Of a stretch of 64,000 bases of DNA, positions 14,701 through 28,761 are shown piece by piece (position 1 is the first letter of the stretch; every line of letters begins with the position of its first letter). The notes beneath the pieces were generated by a model. It was given only the letters and a program-made list of their open reading frames with translations, was not told the DNA's origin and did no database searches. The stretch comes from Chrysomallon squamiferum (lineage: Eukaryota; Animalia; Mollusca), in contig CM022665.1 of NCBI GenBank assembly GCA_012295275.1, positions 4,340,001 through 4,404,000 on the forward strand, given 5' to 3'. The position numbers and the translations under genes are program-made.

Positions 14701-15198
14701 CATCACCGTGAAATGTAAATCCATTTCACATAGCTGTGCTAGATTACCAAAAACCTTCAGCATTTAAAAATACTGATGACACAGCTTATGACGAATGCTC
14801 TGGTTAGTCTTGCTGCATACCAGATTAATCGTGCAATGAAATAACAGATCCCAGATAAAAGGAAAAAGTATTTGTCTTTATGAATGAAAGCAGTCATTTT
14901 CTTTTCGTCTAATTTTATTGGAAAAAAGAAAAGAAAAGAAAAATTGTTCTTGTCTTTGGCTTTTCGTATTTATTGTTATTATTATTACTGTTATTGTTGT
15001 TGTTGTTATTATTATTATCATATTATTATTATTATTATTATTATTAATTTCCTCTTAGTAGCAATACACTTTTGATTCTGCCAATAAGTTATTCAACAAA
15101 AGAGAGACAAAATGAGAATCATGACCCTTCCATCAGAAGTCAGATGACGTATAAAATCTGACAGGGTTGTCGTTTAGGTGTATCACGCTGAGCACTGG

Positions 15199-16440
15199 TA
15201 GGGGAAATGTACGTATACTGAACCCCTAACTTCTGAACTTCATTGCTCAGTCAGATGGAATCAATGAAGATTAGTCTAGTTGTAGTTGATAGATGTTAGA
15301 TGCCTTAAGACCCTCGTAAAGAAAACAAAATAACTTATGAACTCCAAGTTTTATGGAACAAATAAAACATATTGACAAAGGTTCAATTTAGGGCCCCCGT
15401 GACTTATGTTGAACCTGTCGGATCTTATATTGAATCTGGGTTCAATATAAGGACAAAGTAGTTCAATATAGGGAATTCTGAGTATCTTTTGTAATTTTCA
15501 TTTTCAATACATCATCCTTTGCCTAACTGAGACTCCTGCACCACAGAATTAGAAAAATAAAAACGAAGGAAGGAATAAACATCAGTTCAAAACAGCATAT
15601 TCAATGTGTCAGCTATATTGTCCAGATTCTCACATAAGCTGATCGTCGTATGTGATCGCAGCGTATCTGACTGTGTCAACTAGGAAGTCAACTGAATGTC
15701 CATCCTCATCTCTGACAATATTTTGAAGTTGTGGTGTTTGTCTGGCTATTTACAGATCTGTAGAAGCCTCGACCATCCGGATTTGTTGGTACTAGCTTCG
15801 AAGAGATAAGAGAGACATTAGTGTTGTTACTGTCGGGTCATTATGGCTCACGGTGCTCTTCTCTCTGGGACCACGACTCATAGCTGGTATTTTCAGGTTC
15901 GAATATTCATTTACGGATTCGGGCGGAGCACAGAGCTGTTCAGGTTCAGTAGTGTTGTTGTTGTCGCCACGATTATGTTGTCTCTGTGACGAGACATTCT
16001 GTTGTTCGGACACTGTATCTGAACTTTCCACTTCAAATGCCGCAATATTTCGACCGGTAGTTCAGTATAGGGATGACGTGATGGTTCAGTATAGGACTCT
16101 GGACATAAAAAATACTCGCATGTATTTTTTCGGACGCGGCGTGAAATTCAACTTTTTCGATCCTCATTTCCAAAGACTATATCCTAGCCTACAAATATGT
16201 AATATGCTACATTTGCACCTATACACCCACCAGCACTACACACCTAGAAAAATAGCAAAAGGTTACATTTACATGAGCGAAATATGATTTTTCCACATCT
16301 TTCTCGCATCGGTTGACCTTCCGCTATTTTTAATATCACACAATGCACGATGACGACCGAAGTATCACGCAACTGTGGTAAAACACCTTTCAGACAGTCA
16401 GAGAAATGCCATAGGTTCAATATAGGTACAGCTTCAATTA
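15199..16440. mobile_element. Non-autonomous TIR DNA transposon (TA-flanked, possibly Tc1/mariner-pogo type) with repeated subterminal motif and OTU-like cargo
   Basis: TGTACGTATACTGAACC (15208-15224) is inverted to GGTTCAATATAGGTACA (16414-16430) at 15/17. TA lies at about equal distance outside each (15199, 16439). About 9 copies of RGTTCARTATARG occur in both orientations (15380-15473, 16059-16095, and the termini). The superfamily call is inference. Confidence 0.6.
15587..16031 (-). pseudogene. Decayed OTU-like cysteine protease (deubiquitinase) N-terminal fragment with a low-complexity linker
   Basis: Minus strand, across frameshifts: polar linker (ORF 15792..16031), then KLVPTNPDGRGFYRSV (motif at 15792-15751), then IARQTPQLQNIVRDEDGHSVDFLVD, then TQSDTLRSHTTISLCENLDNIAD. 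This resembles the OTU catalytic box (V..DG.C(L/F)(F/Y)R(A/S)) and the following 'D.LR...' helix. The catalytic Cys position reads GGC (Gly). Confidence 0.55.
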
Positions 16441-16595
16441 TTGTTGAGGACAGAAACAAATTCGATTTTTCTTCCGACGTACTGGTAAAGAAGGATTTAA
16501 AAAAATAAAATAAAAGGACATTCTCGTGTACTTAGGGAATGTTTTGTTTTATCAGGTTACTTTCATATTTTCAATAACAAATACTACTACTACTG

Positions 16596-16646
<51 letters not shown>

Positions 16647-19273
16647 ATAATAATAAAAATAATGATGATGATAATGATGATGACAATGATGAATACATAA
16701 ATAAAGAATAAAAATCATTTTTCTTTTCTTATTGTGTAAAAATACTAAATGTCTTTGCAAAATGGAAATTACAGCTGTGTTTGTCCGAGCCCCAGGCTAA
16801 ATCTAACTCTGTTGATGGAAAAGTCCTCTTTTAAATGTCACATTTTGACCTCCTCTGTTTTGCCTCTTACTAGACATTAATAACGAACATGAGTGCTTAG
16901 TGTGACATTTTAAGAAAACAGAACCATCATTATAACTGTCTAAAAAAATATCAATAAAAACGAAATTATACGTTTTTACGAAAGAAAGGTTATAAGCTTA
17001 ATAAATACTAATTGACATTATCCAGCTCGCTAAAAGTTTAAGTGCTTTTATCAGACATAATTATACGTGTACTCACAAAAACTAGTATAGTTTTCTTTTC
17101 AAACCCGTCACATTGCAAAAAAAAAAAAAAAAAAAAAAAAAAAGTTAGGGATTGCTGACAAAGAAAATTAAGATAATAAAATAAACTGTGCTAAATATTT
17201 TAAGATACAATAGTGTAATGTATTCAAGAAGTAAGCTATTACTGCAATGAACAAACATTAATGTTCAAGACTTTAAGAAGATTCCTTTAGACAGTATCAT
17301 TCTTTGTCACTTGTCCAGTGTTTTATTTTTCCATGAAGACAAGGACTGTAACTCAGCAGTTAGAGCAGCTGACATAAATATGATAGTCGTAAGAATATCT
17401 ATTTGTCCACTGAAATGTGCTAATACTGCACGACTAAGTATCGAAGACCATCGTATGTACATTCCTGTCAATATGAGAATGCAAACAGCCGTTCCATTGC
17501 TGCTAATAAATAAGTTACTGTAGCGACATTTCTCTCTCATACATTCTCAGGAATAAACTGTTTTGCTATAAATTATAAACAAATATTCATTTAATTCGTT
17601 TACTGCTAGCAATATGTCATCAGTAAGTGATCGTGTATATCATTACTCTAGACCGTTTTTGTGCGTACATCAAAGCCATGTCTTTAGTTCAGAATATTTG
17701 TCTTGTGTAAAGTATATCTTTTCCTTGGTATGAGAAGGATTTCATGAAACACACCTCCAAAATCGTTAATCTGAAACGTGTCAGTGAACAAATGGTCATT
17801 CAAGGCATCGTGTTTCATCGAGCAATGAACTTCAGGCAATCAAATCTGTTCCATATTTGATCAAATATTTGATTTATATCTAATGTATTGAAACTAGTGA
17901 CGCTAGGGACATCATAACAAAATTTACGTTCCACAGCTGCTGTTAGTTTAAACTAGCAGTAGCATCTGTGAACTCCTGCGTACCGAGTATCCCAGTCTGC
18001 GGTCACCAGCATGTTTCATAACACATGCTCCTTAAAGTAATAGTAAACATGCTTTGACTCTGTTATACGAACAAATGAACTAAGTAGTGACAAAACATAT
18101 TATTCATGTATGTGATCGTTTAGTTAGCTAATTCAGAAAAACGAAGAAGAAAAGAATGAAAAATGTACCTAATATATATATGTATTATGTATTATATTCA
18201 GCGTATTATAATATAAACAGGTATTTGTGCTTTGTTATTCAATTATGATATGAGAGTCCTAGACTAATGCTACGGGAAAAATCATTAGATTTGTCTTTTG
18301 TTATTCTGCATCTTCCTTCCTGTTTCCTGTCTTACATTATTACATAGATGCACGTACATGATTTGTAATGCACATAAACGACGTTACTGCAGAAACTCAA
18401 AACTGATAATGACTATTATGTGATATTTCCCTCTAGTCGTTGTTTTAAAAACGTTTCGATGCATACGTTTATAATAAATTACCTCTACAGCTGAAGAGCT
18501 AAAATAATTTCCGCTTCCGTTTTCTAGGCACTCTTTCTCTCTGGCCAGAAACGAGGTTACGTTTACAAATGCACACCCATATGAAGAACCAGACTGCTCA
18601 AATCTTTGACTTTGACCGAATGTTGGCTGATTCCATCGCTGTTTCGCGTGATAAGTTATAGCTTAATATAACAAGAATTGGGATTCATTGTGATTTATGC
18701 GGCGATCGTTACAGGGATTAAACGTAGGAGCTTGATTTATTTCGTAGGATGTTACCCACCATTTTAGTCCATTAGTTCTATGTAGGGACTGTGTATTCAA
18801 ACTAGAAGAAAAAAAGTGTAAGGATTCAAGTCAAACTAGTTATTATCAAGACAGGAATTGATTTAGTTATCATGTTTCGAAACGAACTACACGCAAACAT
18901 GCGATTTTGCATTAACAGTAATGATTCAGTACTGCCGTTATATGAAGACATATCTTTAACTGATATTAAAGTATTGTTAACAATATTTATATGTATGCAG
19001 CTTGTATCGATAACTGATGATTCTGTACTGTTTATGATATAGTCCATGATCCGGTTTTGTTCGTTTATGTGCATGGGGTAGTAGTCCTATAATTAATAAT
19101 ACAGTTTTGTCAGCTGATGTGTAGGCACCTCTATAATAAATGATTTAGCACTGGAAATTTATATGATGTGTATATAATTTATGTACATGTACTAGTATAC
19201 GCAGCTTTATAACTGATGACTGTAAATATGTGTGTACAAAGGCATATGCCTATCTGTCTTTATATGTGAATGT

Positions 19274-19379
<106 letters not shown>

Positions 19380-21347
19380 CTCACTACTTTTCTGTGTGTC
19401 TCTTTAGGTATACTCTTGCGTTGGTGTTAATGCATCATCTGTATGTTAGTCAGTTTGTATCGGTCATGTGCTTTCTTCTTGAATCCAACCATTCGTTACT
19501 GTTCGGACTGTCCTGCCGCGTGATCGGATCTTCTGACGTGCAAACTGGATTAATAAGACGTTTGGAGCACGGACAACGTCATGCCGTCAAGTGTACTGGA
19601 AAATAGGTTAATCTTGGAAATGGGCCGATTTCTTCAATCCACTTTACTTTTATTAGCTTGCCAGCACAATAATCAAGTTTACAGGTCCTGTAATTCGCGT
19701 TGTAACAGCTTTTTAACGTCCGTGAAAGTCCATCTCATCAGGGCTTATAAATCCATAATGTCTGTCCACGTTACAGTCTCATTTGTAGATTTGCATCAAT
19801 TTAAAAAAAAAAAAAAAAGTTTTGAGCAACATTAAATAGAATGGGAACCTAAATATTATTAAAATACCCTCGTTTGACGCGCTCGACATTTTTTTGCAGA
19901 CTATACATTTGGGCGCCATGTTTATTTTTCCCGGATATCACCAACCCAACGTCATCTACCTTAATACCCACCAGTCATTAATTCGTACCCACTGGACACA
20001 GCAGTGTGTATTTAGACTGTGTAATGTACATCATAAAGAAGACAATAACCGCATTAAAACTAGTTCAGTACTGACACAAATACCAGAGACTGGGTTTGGA
20101 TAATAAAGACTAACTTGCACTAACAGTGCAAAGCCAGACATTTCACGTTCCCTGTCTCTGTATTTCTCTCTTTCTGATTCTGTTGATCTGACTTTCTTTG
20201 CGTCTCTTTGTCTCAATGTGTGTGTGTGTACGCCCGCGAGTATGTGTATGTAAACATAAATGTATGTATGTACGTACGGTATGTATATATTTATGTATGT
20301 ATGTATATATATATATGTATATTAAATAGAAAAAGATTAGATTTCTTTTTTAAATTATAATAAATCAGTTTTGGTGATTATTATTATCCTAATTGAACGT
20401 TACCCGGTCGAAATTAATGAGCTGCTCATTTTTTTCTAGTTTCTCATCAAATTCCAGTTACACGACCTCGTGTTTCAAAACAGAACAACAGCCAGAACTT
20501 GCACTGAACACAGAGTAAAACTTACGCGACGTTTAGAACCAGTGTTACAAATCCGCTTAGCTGAAAATCTTTTTGTCAATAAAAAGGAAATGAACTCTTG
20601 GTATCAGAACAGCGATTAGAGCGAGAAGGAAAGATTTGTTGATGGAAATACTGTACCTCGAGACGCTCTATTTATAAACAATGCCACTGGAAGGAAGGGA
20701 AAGGAAATGAACAATTGTGAAACTATGCCAGTGTAGGTTGTTTGCACAATAACTGTTGATTATGAAATCTTTGATCTCTGAGATGCATCGTTGACAATAA
20801 CATTAAAGAAAGTAGATCATGACACAGATTTTTATTACGTGATTTTTTTCTTTAACCCGTTTCGCAGCGAGGATTTAAAAACACCAAGTTATTAGTTCCT
20901 GAAATACGTTGGTATATTGTATTTACAGATCTACCTATATACCTAACAAAGTTTAGAAATACCTACCTACCTACCTACCTACGCACTAATAGTTAGAAAT
21001 ATATATGCAATACAAAGATTGTACAAAAACACACCTAGAGACTAACTACCTACAAAAATAACACATTCATACAAACATAAAAAAACACAAAAACATGTAT
21101 GACTACTTTGACATTAACTTTTTTTGTCCAGTGGTAGCCCATGCAGCTTATAAAATCTGCTATCAATAAATGAAAAAAGGTAGTTCATATATGATTACAT
21201 ATACGCAAGAACAGAAACTGGCCATTTTTTATGTTTTTAGTAGTACAGTAAAGAAATAAATAATGATATTATTTAAAAGTATAACAGGTGTATCTAAGCT
21301 CTTTGCACGTGTCGTCACAGTTAGTGGAGTATCAGCTTTGCGTGTCG

Positions 21348-21536
21348 CTGGGCTATTTCCAAGGGTTGTGAACATACTTTTCTGCAAATCAGATAAATAA
21401 AAGATTCACCGAGGCTAATCAAAGAAGTGACCCACTGAGTATGGCAGCGGGTTTCTATCTTATCATCTGTGTGGCCCTGAACCATATGTATGACTGTATA
21501 TTAAAACAGTTTTCAATGTGTCGTTAAATAAAATAC
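21348..21536 (+). mobile_element. Degenerate SINE body and 3' end (gastropod tRNA-derived SINE type)
   Basis: tgggctatttc...ataaaagat...gctaatc.aagaagtgacccac...ggcagcgggtttct...tgtgtggccctgaaccatatgt...gtcgttaaataaaa resembles a common gastropod SINE consensus (recalled, not database-checked). It shares the gttaaataaa tail with the copy at ~23300. Confidence 0.65.
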
Positions 21537-22145
21537 GGTTTGTTTTGTTTTCTGTTTTTCTCTGTGGTCTGCACAGTGCAGTTTTACTTCACTTTAAAGA
21601 AACATCGGAACTCTTCTACAAAAAATAACCAACAAAAAAGACAACAACAAAAGACAACAACAGCAACAACAACAACAAAAACCCAGCTGCAGTGACTAGA
21701 CAGATCATCATATTTATTATTTATTTAGACTTCGTCTCATTATTGTTTATTATTTATTTAGACATCATGTCGCATCTGTGCATTTAAAATAAATCACACT
21801 TGTTATCTCAGTGCGGAACTGCAGACGGAACACAGTAATTAAATTAAAAAAAAAAGAAAATCGAGTTAATGTCTAGCCGGAATCACAACTTTTTATAATC
21901 TACCGGTTCTTAATGTACATTCGTAATCAGTATAGATGGTTTTTTTTCTTCATTTTTTCTTTCCATTTCGCATTAATCTTAACTGTCAGCGGAGAACTAA
22001 TGCAAAAAACAAAACCCCAAAAGAAGAGACAAAGAAACAACAAATAAATAAATAAATAAATATACTTACGCACACTATTTTAAGACGCATAATATTAACT
22101 GGTGAAGTGTTATATATTTGTAAGGCTCTGAAACGTAAACAATTA

Positions 22146-22354
22146 CGGGGCCCTTCGCTAGTAACAGCGAGGTCTGGGTTACTACTCTCATCTTCTGTGG
22201 CAGTGCTCAATGACACGTTTTACAAATTTAGTCACATCTCAGATTATGATTAAAATTTTGAAGAAATATGGACTAAAGTCCCTTCTGGGAGCCATCTGGG
22301 ATTAGGGGCCCTAATGCTTAAGCTTCATTTAATTTAATAATACATCCGCCTCTG
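22146..22354. mobile_element. Possible hAT-type MITE terminus
   Basis: ggggccct at 22147 and 22304, followed by ...atccgcctctg, a typical end for CAGAGGCGGAT-type TIR elements. The partner end was not found. Confidence 0.3.
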
Positions 22355-22987
22355 TATATAAAAATGGTTTAATGAACTGTACTACTTTCGCTATTACTAT
22401 AAGCGGTTTTGTTTTAATTCTGGAGCTATCTGAGTGAGTATAAAACTAAAAATTGTTTATGAAGATCCTAAATTATAATCTCAGATTGCAAACTGTTAAT
22501 ACTTGCGTTCATTGAATTCTCTTATGGTATCTCTATGTTATGGAAATGAAATATGTAACTGTTAAAAGGAATTACAAACTGTTTATTCCGTAACATAAAC
22601 ATGTTGTAAAGAAAACTATTTTTTTTTTTTCATTTTCTATTTTCTCTTCTTTAAAGGGCTTTCGGTAATATTTCTTTATTCCCTCAACAGCTTCAAACAA
22701 GTTTAAATCAAACAGTTATTAATTAATTATGGCATCAACGTGTATTCCAGCGCTAAGCATGAAATCTCATTTGATCATCCCAGTACAATTATATTAGTAC
22801 GGAAGCGAAGTCTTAGTCTTGTTTCAGAAACTATTACAATATGTCAAGGATAAGGATAGAAGACTACATCAGCTTATATCACTTAATAATAATTAAAAAA
22901 AAGATAGGTAAATATTGGGTTAAATGTCAAGGTAATGGTATTTGCCCAGTACTTCATTTGTTATTTGACTTGTAAAAGGTTTTTTTC

Positions 22988-23308
22988 TAACCCAGTGGTT
23001 ACAAAACACAGAACAAAGGGTGAAGATTATTGAATCAGTTCCGTAATCCAAATCGGGATATTTATCTTCTGTGTCATAAGAGTTTTTATTTCATAGTTAA
23101 AATCAGAACAAAAGCAGTGATATTGGTTTATGAAATATGTTGGTACGTGTTCTCATGTTTATGGAAAGATGAATCTTTAAAATCCCTTGTTGGTCATCGT
23201 GGATGTTCTCTTTAATTATTTACGTGATTCGTGATGATATTATGCATGATGCCACCTAACCGTCGATCAAGAATGCATTAAGTAAATAGTTAAATAAACA
23301 TTTATTTC
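22988..23308 (+). mobile_element. Highly decayed copy of the same SINE family
   Basis: ccagtggtta head-like motif; tggtacgtgtt...aagatgaat...taaaatcccttg, where tggtacgtgtt is shared with the reverse-strand copy at ~47340; and a gttaaataaacattt tail. Confidence 0.45.
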
Positions 23309-23718
23309 AGAACTACTTTTACTTACAAGTGTTCTTATGAGAAGCGATCCTGTGATCTTTCTTGCCTCTGAAGTTCTACCTTACAGAAATGGTAATGTCA
23401 GTAGTAGGTATACCATTACCGCATTTACTCCGACATAAACGCCACCTTTCAGAGCGTGTGACATTTAACATGAGGTTCACCTTTGACTGAACCAATGATT
23501 GGATGGTAATTTTCTGCAAGTCACCGACTTGTCGTTATCTGACGACAGGCCATCATTGTTGTGTCAGAAACGAATGTTAACAAGCTCTAGGCAAACAGAT
23601 GTTATTGTATGTCAGATAGCGTGGATAATTTGAAATTGTAAAGAAATAAGAAATACGTAGAAATAATGCTACTAGAAGTAATTTCAAAAAGGATAGAGTA
23701 TAAGACGATACGTACAGT

Positions 23719-23920
<202 letters not shown>

Positions 23921-24625
23921 GGCAAGAACAGGCTAAAGGAGACAAACATAAACTGACAGACAGAATTTAGATACATATATACATGTAAAGATGTATACAC
24001 ATATAAAAATATATTTAAAAAGGATGCATAAAACATGTAAACAATTTACAAAGAACACTAACGAACTGTTCCATTTACAGCACTATAGTTATGTATACAT
24101 GGATTAAATGATGCACATCTTATCTAATCTCTATATGGCGCACTATTCCTTTAATTAATTAAGTCATGTTGATTTATCGTAAAACCTTTCCAATCATTTT
24201 CCATCTTACCTTATTCGGTGTGTCTTGACAAAACTAATGAAATATGTGACAACGTGACTCTAATGAAGTAAACTGTCTGATTAAGGCATTATGTACTTTT
24301 TTTTTTTTTTTTTTTAGTGCGTCGATATTAAACGAGTATCAGCTTCTTTCTAAACAACAAAAAATATACAATGAAATGAAATTAAAATCCAATGTAGGCT
24401 GGAACATAATATTATTAAGTCTACGACTGTTTATGTGTCTGTCTGGGATTTTTAATTTTTTTTTTTTTTTTTTTTTCATATACATTTTAATATCTAGATG
24501 CCTTTGTAATATAACAAAACGAGAAATTTTTGCACTACATTCTGTAGAAGAAAAAGGCTGGCCTTAATACTTTAATGTTTCTATTTATGATATTAATAAG
24601 AATGATACAGTTTCTCTATCTCCAG

Positions 24626-24825
24626 GCGACTCAGATAATAGGGAGTCTAATGCTGTTACGACGCGGAACACTGGGAGGTGTGTATGTAATGGAAATCAGC
24701 GCCATTACTACACAGAAACAGAAACCCACGCAACACAAGACACAGAGAGAAGGTCATGCAGGTTACATGGTTCAAGTCGTCAGATTTATGATGATAGTGT
24801 CACAGCTATAACATTCTTAATCTGA
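24626..24825 (+). other. Candidate orphan terminal exon
   Basis: Acceptor tttctctatctccag|G. The phase-1 frame is open for 66 codons to TGA (DSDNRESNAVTTRNTGRCVC...DDSVTAITFLI*). No partner exons or homology were recognised. Confidence 0.22.
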
Positions 24826-26292
24826 ATCCATTTTGCAAGATAGAACTACCATTAAAATATCAATAGCAGTTTCTGATAGAATATTGGAAAAAGATGAAGG
24901 AAAAAGTGATGCTAAGGGTCTCTGTAAATATGTAAAGACAAAATGTGCCCTGTTTAGTGTTTTGAAAAAGTGAATGTAAATGCGCTAAACTGGTTCCCGG
25001 AGGCTGCAGTTTTTCCCGCTTTCAATTCCTGTTTCAGACCTTTGGCTTTATTGGTACTAAACTTTGCATGTCATGAAAACAGCCAAAGTTTTTCTTTTTT
25101 TCTTATAATGCACATGTTATTATCTTTTGACAGTTCAAGACCTTTTGAAGCACGTCTCTATTTCTTTAACAGTAATAAGTTGTGGAAATGGAAAATTATA
25201 TTTCTGTTTTATTCCTGCGGCTTGAATCGTTTTACAAAAAAAAAAAAAAAAAAAAAAAAAAAGTTATCAAATATTGCAAATAAAAAATTTGCTGTTAAAC
25301 TTCTCAGTAACAAAAAGAAATCTAAAGGCTCATTCTAGCAAAATGAACAAGAGAAATTGACGTTTGTTTTTTTTGTTTCTTTTGTTTTTCAAAATTTAAT
25401 GACGACGTACGTACGGACACTGAACCTAGAGCACAGAGCGTAATGAAATTTTTCACATTCTGTTTCCAGATGTAATTTTGTTTGGGGCATTCAGCCACAG
25501 ACTCTCCACCTTGACGTTAATGACGTATGCATTAACAGGAACGGATCTACCACTCGCCTGTGTTCACAATTAATTTTCCCCAAGTGGGCAATATCGGATT
25601 TATTCAGAATTACGTAAAATGAAGCTTATTGCGAAATCAATTTTCAGTTGGCGCGAATAATGATTCTGGTATACTTACAACGTCTTCGATTTTCATGTTC
25701 GTGTTTATTCGCTAGATGTGTCGAGTTAACGTCTAGGCGCTTTTGGGATGTTTTTCAATTAATAATGAAAAAAAAAAAAAAAAAAAAAAGAAGCGGCTCA
25801 TCCTGATTTTGCTTGTCGTTTTTTTCTTTTCTTTTTTATTGAAGTAAAAATGTAACTAGAACTGAAATTAAAACCTAGAGGCTACGTTTCTTTTTTCGTT
25901 TTTTTTTTTTTTTTTTATATATATATACATATCAAATGAAGATTTTAATTCGTTTTCTTTTAAAAAACTCAGTACTTATTATTTTTTCCTATAAGAAACA
26001 ATAGCGATTGTTTCCTACAGTCCGCATTCTCATTGATCTTGGATGCATGTATTAAATAAACAGTTGCTGATTGTGACATAACTGGGCACGTCTTAGAAAG
26101 GGGATTTCCTCAAATTTGCTAATCTCATCCGCTTGTGTTTATGTTATTCACCTGTGAACCTAGTTTATGACATACAGATATAATTACCTACAGTAATTTT
26201 TTTGGCAAATGGAAATCAAAAAATCTTCCAAAATCTACTATACAATAAATATAGCCTGGTCCTGTAATTTATATTGCTATTTTGATATTTAG

Positions 26293-26293
<1 letters not shown>

Positions 26294-26358
<65 letters not shown>

Positions 26359-26378
26359 TCACACACACACACACACAA
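26294..26378. repeat. (CA)n microsatellite
   Basis: Direct reading. Confidence 0.95.
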
Positions 26379-28128
26379 TCACACGCACGCTCAGGCAAAA
26401 ATTACGAAAACATGAGTCAAACGACAATCCGTAACTGACTGATACAGAGACGCTTTGACGAGCTATCATCATCATTGGTGTGGTGACAAGAAGACTTACA
26501 ATAAAATTATCTGTCAGGAGTAGATCCAGTAATGTACTGCTGGCTTGAATACAGTCGTTTATTTTCCTCTCACAATATGATTACCACAGAATGAAGGAAT
26601 CGCAGTTTATTGATTAACCTTTACAATGTCCAGACAAGGTAATCAGAAAGAAGTACCGTCCATTAAGGATTTGAAATCAAGTGACGCGTTATTCTGACAC
26701 GCTCACCAAATGATATAAGCCAGAATTTAACGTAAACTCGATAAAAATGTAGGGTGCATTGATATTGTGAGTGTAATTAATATTTTAATTCAGATAATTT
26801 TCGTTTAGGTACTTCATTACCTACTTACCTACCTACCTACCTACCTACCTACATGTATGCATAAACACACATACACATAACATCCATCCATCCATCCATA
26901 CACACTTACATACATCTATCCATCCATGCAAACACACACTCATATATATACACATACGGAACAGGTGCAGAGAGTTACAAACTGTAACACATTAGTTTAA
27001 TCTGCACGTTTACAGAATATGATCATCCAAATGCACACGAAGTCTCACTGTCACTCCTATATTTAAAGATCATATTTGTTCTTTCCTGTTTACTTTAAAA
27101 CACAGGTTTGCAAGGTTCCCTTGTGAGTGTCTGAGTACTTGTCTCACGTTTCAGAAATTATTAATGTGTTCTGACATCGAAGCCGTAACTTCATTACTGT
27201 TATCCGGTTTCACTATTAACATTGGAAAACACGAATTACGTTCACTCATTTTGCAAAGGCTTCTTCACCATTATGTAAAAGATAACAAAATTGCTACTGA
27301 ACAAAGCACGTTATTTTGAACATAATACAATATATATAAAAAAAACCCAAACAACAACAACAACAAAAAACAACAAAAAGCAAACAAACAAACGAACAAA
27401 AAACAAACAAAAACAAAACAACAAAATAAAAAAAAAAAACCCCAACAGTCCCCACCCAAAAACAAACCAAGCAACAGCAACAACAAAAAAATAAAAAATG
27501 TACGGAATCTTGACAGGGTTTTCCACAGTTAAACATTGTATAGTATTTATCTTACGATAAATTCCACGATTGTTTCTACTACTGTATTGTCTGTTGTCGT
27601 ACAACTCAGCTGGTACAGAGGGCAGGTTTAAGTGCTCTCTCAAATTCGGGGGAAAACACTGAGGACATGTTGGACAAAGCACGACGAAACTGTTTTTATC
27701 TGTATGAAATTTCAGCATTAACAAAGATCTCAAACCGTATTCCAGAAACACTTGAAGACATTCAAAACGCCACTTTTGTAAAAAGTCGTACAAAATTCCC
27801 AATCGTATATAAATTACTGAGACACTGAAATAATATAATTTCTGAAAACTTCAAAGCTGCACCAACTTGTAATATTAAATTAATACTTTAAGGAATTTCA
27901 GCTATTACCAGGAACCCGAGCTTTACTGAATGTTAAAAAGTATTGAAATACCAGCCGCAGAAACTGCCATTGAAAATAAAACTATTTATAATATTTAGGC
28001 TATAGTCAAGAGACAACGCATTATCCCACGTAATTAGCCTCAGAAATTTAACCAACACCTTCAGTTTTCTGTTTTCAAATAAGTTCAGTTAATTTATTAA
28101 TTAATTAATACATAATAATAATAATAAT

Positions 28129-28165
<37 letters not shown>

Positions 28166-28717
28166 TAAGAAAAAAATTACACAAAAAAAACAGTTTGTAA
28201 ATAGAATTGAAATATTTCACAAAGTCTTTCATTAATAGCAAAACGATTATTACGGCTGTGCAGGGAATTTGCAATATTAACAAAAAATCTGATTAATTCT
28301 GTAAGCGCAATTACGTTTCTTTAATTAGATCATCATATGTTGTTTGATAGAGTTATCATTTTTTTGCGTGCTTATGAGAACAAACAAAGGCGTAAAAAAA
28401 AAAAAAAAAAAAATGAAAAAATGAAATAAAAATAAAAGAGAATTTTACCTAATAATGTAATTAGAAATTGTTTATTTGCATCATTAAAAAAAAAAAAAAA
28501 AAAAAAAAATAATAATAATAAAAAAAAAAAAAAAATAAATAAAAATTAATAAAAAATTAAATAAATTAAGAAAACTAAATCAAAAGAAATAAGAAGTAGA
28601 GGATATTAGAAAGAAAGGAAAAATGAAAGAAATAAGAAAATAAAGACTAACAAACCTATTTCTCCTAAAGTGCCGAATAAAACGCAATTATAATAATGAT
28701 GATGATAATGATTATGA

Positions 28718-28761
<44 letters not shown>

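Noticed and set aside
15853-16287. 144-aa plus-strand ORF
   Set aside because: It is antisense to the OTU-like relic, runs through transposon subterminal repeats and has no recognisable motif.
17307-17540. Overlapping 70-77-aa ORFs with a hydrophobic stretch
   Set aside because: No family motif or convincing splice sites.
27311-27830. 163-aa minus ORF and an open plus frame
   Set aside because: About a third is low-complexity repeat; the rest has no recognisable homology or exon boundaries.
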